Shown in pieces: positions 7,427-14,456 of a DNA stretch of 32,000 nt. The notes beneath the pieces were generated by a model. That model saw nothing but the letters and a program-made list of their open reading frames with translations, was not told where the DNA came from and ran no database searches. Each line of letters opens with the position of its first letter. Within the stretch, counting starts at the first letter, position 1. A program made the translations under genes and the position numbers. Source of the DNA: an archaeon (GTDB lineage Archaea; Asgardarchaeota; Thorarchaeia; Thorarchaeales; Thorarchaeaceae); NCBI GenBank assembly GCA_024275415.1, contig JAJRZD010000082.1, positions 30,001 to 62,000 of the forward strand, written 5' to 3'.

Positions 7427-8880
7427 ACCAGTCCCCTACTTCTAGTCTGATTCAAACCCAACAATCCGCACGGGTTCGAACTCTGCGAACCCTGGTTTCA
7501 ACCCTACTTCTAGTCTGATTCAAACTAGTGATTTCGTCACGTTTGACACGTCGAAGAAGGACTGTTTCAACCCTACTTCTAGTCTGATTCAAACCTGGAA
7601 AAGTTGGAGGACGTTATACGTCCTACCATAGGTTTCAACCCTACTTCTAGTCTGATTCAAACCTTCGTCATAACAAAACTGGGAACGAACCCGTTCCCGT
7701 TTCAACCCTACTTCTAGTCTGATTCAAACGAGAAGTGTTCTGTACAAGACACTTTGGCATGCTATAGTTTCAACCCTACTTCTAGTCTGATTCAAACGGT
7801 CGATTACAGATATTACGTATTCTCACTCGTTTGGTTTCAACCCTACTTCTAGTCTGATTCAAACTCATTCACTTGATGAGGGGGTATTCCCATGTCTGCA
7901 GTTTCAACCCTACTTCTAGTCTGATTCAAACTTCATTTATTCACCTTCTTCTTTCTCCTCCGCTTAGGGGTTTCAACCCTACTTCTAGTCTGATTCAAAC
8001 GGGTACTCGGCCTGGGCTATCGTTCAGAGTTTGAACGATGTTTCAACCCTACTTCTAGTCTGATTCAAACAACGAGCTGGGAACGAACCCGTTCCCAGGC
8101 TGCACCCGTTTCAACCCTACTTCTAGTCTGATTCAAACGAAAGGAGGTCATCGAATACGCAAATGGGCCTCACGGTTTCAACCCTACTTCTAGTCTGATT
8201 CAAACACGTGCTCTGGTAGAGCACTGCTCCCCCATGACGATGTTTCAACCCTACTTCTAGTCTGATTCAAACAACACTAGAAGACAACGAGTCTGTTGTA
8301 TTCGTCATGTTTCAACCCTACTTCTAGTCTGATTCAAACATTCAACGAGGATTATCTAAGAATTCTTAGATTCTTCGTTTCAACCCTACTTCTAGTCTGA
8401 TTCAAACGGGGAGAAGGGCAGGGCACGGTGGCTGAGCGAGATCGTTTCAACCCTACTTCTAGTCTGATTCAAACCTGGCTGAAGATAGGTTTGAACCAGG
8501 TCCCCCAGAAGGTTTCAACCCTACTTCTAGTCTGATTCAAACTATTCGCTATTGCGTTCAACCCTTATCGAGTACGATAGTTTCAACCCTACTTCTAGTC
8601 TGATTCAAACTGGCGGAATCGGTGTATACACCGTCGGTTCTGCTATTGTTTCAACCCTACTTCTAGTCTGATTCAAACTTCTTTCAATGTGTATCACCGT
8701 TTGTCCTTTTTTTAGTTTCAACCCTACTTCTAGTCTGATTCAAACCCATACATCGGAAACTCGGGTCTCAATAAACACTGAGTTTCAACCCTACTTCTAG
8801 TCTGATTCAAACCGAAACTGTGAAGATGAACAATCCTACGAAGAATTCGGTTTCAACCCTACTTCTAGTCTGATTCAAAC
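7427..8880 (-). CRISPR. CRISPR array: 22 repeats (31 bp), 21 spacers (36-39 bp), no cas genes in window
   Basis: Plus-strand repeat GTTTCAACCCTACTTCTAGTCTGATTCAAAC. Exact copies start at 7495, 7564, 7632, 7699, 7767, 7834, 7901, 7970, 8040, 8108, 8175, 8242, 8309, 8377, 8444, 8512, 8580, 8648, 8715, 8782, 8850. The terminal copy at 7427-7457 is degenerate in its first 7 bases. The reverse complement ends in TTGAAAC, a typical 3' handle. Degenerate end at the low coordinate and AT-rich leader at the high coordinate both point to minus-strand transcription. Confidence 0.97.
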
Positions 8881-9000
8881 AGGGCGCATTTTTACTGTTT
8901 TTCTACAAAATAAGTGTTATGGGGGTCGCTTTTTTGACCCATTCCTGGAAACCTCCGGTGATGCAACCCCCATTCAGGATGTAACGAGAATCACGTATTG
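8881..9000 (-). promoter_or_regulatory. CRISPR leader (right boundary approximate)
   Basis: Non-coding, T/A-tract-rich sequence abutting the last perfect repeat. Contains the dyad GGGTC-N8-GACCC (8923-8940). Confidence 0.7.
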
Positions 9001-9289
9001 GCATACAAAACTGGAACTCTTGGTGTCATGAAGGCGGGTGGCCAAGTTGATGGGGAAGGAAGATTGTTGTCGTGCTAGATGATAAACTCAACAACACCAA
9101 CGGCTTTTCGTTCGATAGGTCAGTGTGATTTGGGATGGTATATTATGACAGAGTTTCTGATCGGAGAGCAGTAGGATATCTATGGGGTTTTCTGTGTGGA
9201 ACGGATTCGTGTCCAAAGCTTTGCCCCTTGGTCGAAGCTTATGTCAGTCTTCTTACACCGACTCAGAGTTTGCACACAGTGCCTGTTCC

Positions 9290-10055
9290 CAATCATTCCG
9301 AAAGTAAACAAGATGAGAGTGGAGCTGAGAGGGTCTGAGCTTGTTCAAGGAGTACTTGCTGAGAGACTGATGGTCATAGTTTGATCCTGTAGAGCGATTG
9401 TCTGAAGAAATTGCAGATATCACAGTGCTGTCAGTTTACATATGTCTAGTGGCACCTCTCAGGAAACTATTCGAAGGAGCATCTGGAGTGTCTTGACCAA
9501 CCGCCTCCGGATTCGCCCTTCTATTGTCGGTCGTTGGTTTTCCTTTACATTCACCACTGTGTTTGACAGGGCAATCATGACTGCTGGTAGTCTAGGCGCA
9601 GTACGTGGCGGGCATGCTGACCTGATGAGTCTGAGGAGGAGGATGAGCAGGATGCTATGGACGTTCTTGAGCATGGGAGCTGGTAAGACGAGTTTGAGGT
9701 CTCGGATATCGGTCTCCACTCTCCATCTGTCCCTATAGTTGTCAAAGGAGCCATACTTCCCCACTCCCATCAGGAACCCCTTCCTCCGATCCTTATCCCT
9801 CCCCATCAGCAGACAGCACACATCCACTCGTCTGGCATAGACCACCATCTTGCGGGCCTCTCCTTCTCTCCAGTCATCAGCACTCAGCCCGAGCCATGTG
9901 GGATTCCCCCGCACTATGAGTCCTTCGATCTCGCCCGCGTCCAGCTTGTCATAGAGGCCTTTGACACACTCTTTGGAGGAGTACTCACCATCTCCCAGTA
10001 GCAATCTTGCCGAGGCAAGATACAACAGGCCCACAATCTACTTTCGGAATGATTG
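9290..10055 (-). mobile_element. Internally deleted, non-autonomous IS4-superfamily element (766 bp) with perfect 17-bp TIRs
   Basis: CAATCATTCCGAAAGTA at 9290-9306 and its exact reverse complement at 10039-10055 enclose a truncated DDE transposase ORF. The 9-bp flanks (GCCTGTTCC / ACATGTCCC) match only 6/9, so there is no clean TSD. Confidence 0.8.
9459..10034 (-). pseudogene. Truncated DDE transposase (IS4/ISH3/IS701-like)
   Basis: Exact Y-(2)-R-(3)-E-(6)-K motif (YRDRWRVETDIRDLK) and a second-Asp-like GDGEYSS. The N-terminal region with the first catalytic Asp is missing; the ORF starts 4 nt inside the TIR. Confidence 0.78.
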
Positions 10056-10158
10056 ACATGTCCCATGGCAAACTTTAAAAGCCGTGGTTAATAACAATAG
10101 TTAATTACTGTGATGTAGGCTAAAGTGTAGGTTTGAGATAGACAAGGATTTGGTTTGA

Positions 10159-10644
10159 ATGGGAACGACAGATAGCGAACTAATAGAGATACTCCAAAAG
10201 CAGAGTGAAATTGAGAAGAAGACCCTCACAAAGTTATCTATTGCTGAGGAAGAGGCATCAGAGATAGCAGTGAAACTCATCCTGATGGAATTGCGATTGG
10301 ATTCATGGAAGCACCAGAAGTTCCTTGAGGGTATCGTGGACTTGTTACTGGAGATGCCATGTGATTCGTGGAGTGCCAAGGTGCAGCGGTATGTAGATCG
10401 AGTGAAAGTCGAGAAGACATTGAATGAGCTCATCCGAGCAGAAACGGAGATGATGGAATTAGCTGAGAAGGCAATTGCCTTGACTGACGACCCAATTGCT
10501 ATACGCTTGTTGAACCACCTCAGGGACGACGAAAAATACCACAGAAAAGAGATTGAAGAACTGGTCAGGATAATCCAGACTTCACCATTGCAGTCTAAGA
10601 AGGCTGTTAAAGGATCAGATATAGTGTGTGCAACAGAAGATTGA
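10159..10644 (+). CDS. Ferritin-like / rubrerythrin-like four-helix bundle protein
   Basis: Two-fold helical repeat with carboxylate/His ligands (E..DSWKH and DDEKYH). Confidence 0.7.
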   Translation: MGTTDSELIEILQKQSEIEKKTLTKLSIAEEEASEIAVKLILMELRLDSWKHQKFLEGIVDLLLEMPCDSWSAKVQRYVDRVKVEKTLNELIRAETEMMELAEKAIALTDDPIAIRLLNHLRDDEKYHRKEIEELVRIIQTSPLQSKKAVKGSDIVCATED

Positions 10645-10647
10645 TAG

Positions 10648-11148
10648 ATGAAGCTAGGTAGAAGTGATAGTATGCCATCCTTATCCGATGTGACAGAAGA
10701 ATGCAAGTCCTGTGTGGAATACATCAATGAGATGAACCCGATGTACAAGAGCAGGTGGTTGGACGAGTTTACGAGTTATCGTCCAAATGCAAGCGTACTT
10801 GCCGAGTTAAAACCGCTGATGGACGATTACGAGCTAGTTGTAGTCTTTGCAGACTGGTGTGGTGACGCAAGGAGGATGTTACCAGCCCTGGCGCATCTTG
10901 AGAGTGAGCTTGGGATAAGGATCCGGGCTCTTGGGGGGATGACAAAACCTGGATTTGGGAGTGATAGACACTGGGCAATTCCGCCAAGTCCTATCGAGGT
11001 GGACACATTCGAGATAACAAGCAGTCCAACCGTGATAATATTCGATAAGAAGACAGGGGATGAGATAGCACGCATCAAGACGAGGCCGAAGATGGCTCCT
11101 ACAGTCGAGGAGGAGATCCTGAGGCTGATAAAGGACAGTCGGTCATGA
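10648..11148 (+). CDS. Thioredoxin-fold protein with single-Cys WCGDA site (alternative start 10672)
   Basis: VVVFADWCGDA active-site loop and cis-Pro region (SSPTVIIFD...EIARI). ATG is 3 nt after the ferritin-like stop. Confidence 0.75.
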   Translation: MKLGRSDSMPSLSDVTEECKSCVEYINEMNPMYKSRWLDEFTSYRPNASVLAELKPLMDDYELVVVFADWCGDARRMLPALAHLESELGIRIRALGGMTKPGFGSDRHWAIPPSPIEVDTFEITSSPTVIIFDKKTGDEIARIKTRPKMAPTVEEEILRLIKDSRS

Positions 11149-11571
11149 TCAGGCTGGCTGACGACAACCATTACAATGGGAAAAGCCCTGTCCGATACAT
11201 TTGCCAGCCTTCTCTCCTCCGTGTTTCATTCCCCACTGTTGCATCAGTGTAAGGACACCCCGTAGGTCCTCTCCTTTTCGTGTGAGTTGGTAAGTGACCT
11301 TTGGTGGGATCGTAGAGGAGTCCACAGTTCGAGTGATGATCTGTTCATTCCTTAGCTCACCGAGCCGCTGCGAAAGCATTTTGGATGAGATCCAGCTGAG
11401 GTCTTTCTGGATCTCGTTGAACCTGAGACCATCCTTGGCACGGGGCGACATCAACGTCTGTAGAATGAGTATCGTCCATTTCTTTCCAAGGATAACAGAA
11501 GTGATGTAGACAGGACATCCCTCAACGTCCTCTTTCACACGGGGTGGATACGGCTCTTTGACTTTCGACAT
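11149..11571 (-). CDS. HxlR/DUF24 family winged-helix regulator with N-terminal redox Cys
   Basis: GCPV...ILGKKWT, LRFNEIQKDL..ISSKMLSQRLGEL, PPKVTYQLTRKG and WG motifs. Extra C-terminal CxxC. Confidence 0.88.
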   Translation of the reverse strand: MSKVKEPYPPRVKEDVEGCPVYITSVILGKKWTILILQTLMSPRAKDGLRFNEIQKDLSWISSKMLSQRLGELRNEQIITRTVDSSTIPPKVTYQLTRKGEDLRGVLTLMQQWGMKHGGEKAGKCIGQGFSHCNGCRQPA

Positions 11572-11612
11572 AGGACTCGATTACTTTTTGGTAACGTACC
11601 TATTTATATTTT

Positions 11613-11631
11613 GTTACTTTTATATAGTAAC
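11613..11631. promoter_or_regulatory. Putative HxlR/DUF24 operator GTTACT-N7-AGTAAC
   Basis: Perfect 6-bp dyad with a 7-nt AT spacer (TTTATAT, TATA-like) in the short divergent spacer. A related ATTACT-N4-GGTAAC lies at 11580-11595. Confidence 0.6.
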
Positions 11632-11653
11632 TATAGAATTACTGGTGATTGTG

Positions 11654-12376
11654 TTGACTCTGGTAAAACGATTGATGATCCATATTGATGAAGAGAAATG
11701 CAATGGATGCGGTCTGTGTGTTCCAAGTTGTGAAGAGGGAGCACTGGCAATAATCGATGGGAAAGCGAAGGTCGTGTCTGAAAGCTACTGCGACGGGCTA
11801 GGTGCTTGTATCGGTCATTGTCCTGAAGGGGCGCTGACACTTGAAGAAGTCGAAACTGTCCCGTTCGATGAGGAGGCAGCCATGGAACATGTGAGAAATC
11901 TCAGAGGACAAGAAGAATCGGGTTGCTGCCCGACGGTAGATACCACTGATGTGCAAGAAGGCATACAGGTGAGTGCAGTAGTACATCAAATAAGGTCACG
12001 TCTCAACAATTTCCCAGTCAAATTGAAGCTCATGGCACCGAATCATCCGGCACTACGAAATGCTAGTCTATTGATCTCAGCGGACTGCACTACAATCGCA
12101 TATCCAGCATTACACGAGGACTTCATCAAAGGAAGAACCGTGATTCAGGTATGCCCGAAGTTCGAAGACTATCAGATGAATCTTGAACGACTTACGCAAA
12201 TCTTCGCTCATAATGAAATTCGTGCTATAACAATACTGATAATGGAGGTGCCATGTTGCAGCGGCCTTGTCCGCATGGTGAAACAGGCATTAGTGACCGC
12301 GGAGAAATCACTCCCATTAGAGGTATGTATCATCGGGATAGACGGGGCCATACTAACATCTACCACATTGAGATGA
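11654..12376 (+). CDS. 4Fe-4S dicluster-domain protein
   Basis: CNGCGLCVPSC and CDGLGACIGHCP clusters, ADC...CPK and MEVPCC motifs. TTG start at 11654 chosen from the upstream GGTGA; ATG at 11675 is an alternative. The track's longer N-terminus overlaps the divergent promoter. Confidence 0.82.
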   Translation: MTLVKRLMIHIDEEKCNGCGLCVPSCEEGALAIIDGKAKVVSESYCDGLGACIGHCPEGALTLEEVETVPFDEEAAMEHVRNLRGQEESGCCPTVDTTDVQEGIQVSAVVHQIRSRLNNFPVKLKLMAPNHPALRNASLLISADCTTIAYPALHEDFIKGRTVIQVCPKFEDYQMNLERLTQIFAHNEIRAITILIMEVPCCSGLVRMVKQALVTAEKSLPLEVCIIGIDGAILTSTTLR

Positions 12377-12632
12377 ACAGGCTCGCTCCGGAAAAGCATT
12401 GTATAACAGACACTGAATCGAAGCCCGAGTTACTTCGTTCCGATTGATGACCACTTAATTCATGAAATGTGCTAGAACAATGGATCAACACCGGGATAGA
12501 TGAGCAGCCACCTAACAGAGGTAAGATCCCTATTCGGAGAAACTTATAGGACATGTCACGGAATTATCTAAAGATATAAACACTCACTCCTGTAAGACTC
12601 TATATGCTTGTGGAATGTGGGGAACACCAAAG

Positions 12633-13061
12633 ATGCCTTCCATCACAGAACCAAGAAAAAAACGGTATATGCAGAAGGTCGAACACTGTAGAAATAGAAT
12701 CTCGCATCTTGAGGTTTGGTTGGAGGAGATTGATGCTAACGAGCCTGAAACAAAGACGCTTCTAGCGATTAAAAAAGCGTGTCAAGAGGTAGTCGATGTA
12801 TCAACAGATATGCTGGCAATGATGTTGAAAGATAATTCTATCCCTCCCACTGACGACTATACTAACATTAGGCAGGCATCCGAAAAAGGATTAATCCCGA
12901 ATACGCTGACAAAATCTCTTCGAGAAGCGAATGGACTAAGAAATCGTTTGATTCATGTTTACAACGACATAGACATACCAATGTTAGTGCAGAGCATCGA
13001 AAGAATCATCCCGGGAATTAAAGAACTGCTGTTGGTGGTCGAACATTGGCTGAGCATGTGA
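12633..13061 (+). CDS. hepT: HEPN/DUF86 (HepT-like) RNase toxin (alternative start 12615)
   Basis: RX4H motif followed by Tyr (RNRLIHVY). Overlaps the downstream nucleotidyltransferase gene. Confidence 0.82.
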   Translation: MPSITEPRKKRYMQKVEHCRNRISHLEVWLEEIDANEPETKTLLAIKKACQEVVDVSTDMLAMMLKDNSIPPTDDYTNIRQASEKGLIPNTLTKSLREANGLRNRLIHVYNDIDIPMLVQSIERIIPGIKELLLVVEHWLSM

Positions 13062-13441
13062 TATCAAAAATCAAGAACGAGTTGCAATGGATGATGGAAA
13101 TCGATGATATCATCGGGGTTCTTCTCTTTGGCTCTCAGGTCGAAGGGACTGCCAGTCGAGATAGTGACTTGGATATATGCGTCGTTGCCCCCTCGGTCAA
13201 AACCACATCGCAAAAGGCAGAACTGCTTGGGGAGATATGGCAAAACATCACGAAGAGTGGGTATGATGTCTGGCTCTTCGAGGAACTCCCGCTGTACATG
13301 CAGATTGAGGTCATACTGAACCATGTCGTGATATTCTGCGATGATATCCCAGCACTGTACGAGTACTTCTACTTCTTCCGAAAGATGTGGAGGTCTCAGT
13401 GTCGAAGACAGTCATTGCGTTTCGAATCCACTGCCAAATAG
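13046..13441 (+). CDS. mntA: Minimal nucleotidyltransferase (MntA-like) antitoxin
   Basis: Exact GSX10DXD motif (GSQVEGTASRDSDLD), translationally coupled to the HEPN gene. Confidence 0.85.
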   Translation: MAEHVISKIKNELQWMMEIDDIIGVLLFGSQVEGTASRDSDLDICVVAPSVKTTSQKAELLGEIWQNITKSGYDVWLFEELPLYMQIEVILNHVVIFCDDIPALYEYFYFFRKMWRSQCRRQSLRFESTAK

Positions 13442-13491
13442 CCCGAAATCTTGTAACGTATGCCTATCAGACCACAGTAAAACAGACCCGA

Positions 13492-14373
13492 CTACGCAGA
13501 TGGAATCTCGGACATGCTAGGTTTCATCGTAACGTAAACGACATCACTGTTACGAGCGATGGCAACCGGCATATGAGGTGTGTCGAAGGCGAGTCCAACA
13601 CTGCCTGCGGTATCAAGCATTATGAGACCGGCCTCGCCGCTTGTTTTTTCACGGATAGATCTCATCACGCGCAGGCATGCATCCTCAACAGACAGCCCTT
13701 GCTCAACGTACATCACTGCCTCTCGACCCATCACGACCCGCAGTATCTGCTCTCCTTTTCCGGTACAGCTGGCAGAGGCAATCTCATTGGCATAGACGCC
13801 CGCTCCTATGATAGGAGAGTCGCCGACCCTGCCGGGAAGTTTGCCGGGCCACCCGCTTGTAGAAGCACCGGCAGCCAGCCTGCCGCTTTCGTCCAATGCC
13901 ACACAACCAACGGTATCACATCCCACGGCATGAACCCCACGACTGGTCCGCCCGGGCTCATCCTCTTTGCGGTACCCAAAGGAAACCATCTCGTTGTACA
14001 AGCGAGTCGCTCCTGCACCTGCCACTTGCATCACAGGAGTACGTTCTAACACGTACCTCGCCAGAGAGATTGGATGGATGATGTCCTTTACAGCCATGAC
14101 AGCTCCGCTTTCTAGACGCTGTCCATCCATCAGGATGGCATCGACCTCGATCTCGCCGTCGAGGTTCTCGCACGCTCCTCTACCGGCTGTGAATAGCTCT
14201 GTTTCCTCCAATTGCCAAATGGCAGACTCGACAGCATCTACCGCAGAGCCTCCCTTTTCAAGAACACAGAGTCCGACATGGGCTGCACGCCTGACGGCCT
14301 TCAGGATATCAGTATGAGTTGTTTCGTCAAAGATAGTTGCTCCTCCATGTACAATAATGATTGGTTGGGACAT
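13492..14373 (-). CDS. iaaA: Isoaspartyl peptidase / L-asparaginase (Ntn hydrolase)
   Basis: IIVHGGA, DTVGCVA (Thr nucleophile), STSG, GRVGDSPIIGAG, TGKGE and GEAGLI motifs. Confidence 0.9.
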   Translation of the reverse strand: MSQPIIIVHGGATIFDETTHTDILKAVRRAAHVGLCVLEKGGSAVDAVESAIWQLEETELFTAGRGACENLDGEIEVDAILMDGQRLESGAVMAVKDIIHPISLARYVLERTPVMQVAGAGATRLYNEMVSFGYRKEDEPGRTSRGVHAVGCDTVGCVALDESGRLAAGASTSGWPGKLPGRVGDSPIIGAGVYANEIASASCTGKGEQILRVVMGREAVMYVEQGLSVEDACLRVMRSIREKTSGEAGLIMLDTAGSVGLAFDTPHMPVAIARNSDVVYVTMKPSMSEIPSA

Positions 14374-14456
14374 CTGACATCATCCTGATGTGTGACTGTT
14401 GACCTAAAGCCTAATATTCCATCCTATGAAGGGTTATATAACGTTGGTTCACAATC

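Noticed and set aside
7458-7494. Spacer 1 as a tRNA T-arm fragment (GGTTCGAA)
   Set aside because: The flanking bases do not form a proper 5-bp T-stem, and the better pairing is a different 7-bp hairpin.
8620-8702. Similarity between adjacent spacers (GTGTATACACCGT vs GTGTATCACCGT)
   Set aside because: Only 12 matches with a gap, found post hoc, and the flanks are unrelated. Chance cannot be excluded.
7458-8849. Self-targeting spacers
   Set aside because: I saw no spacer match elsewhere in the window, but this was not an exhaustive search.
9135-9384. Short ORFs beside the CRISPR leader as possible cas2/cas4 remnants
   Set aside because: No Cas2 (YD-I/V) or Cas4 Cys/RecB motifs in the frames I translated, and the second ORF runs into the IS TIR.
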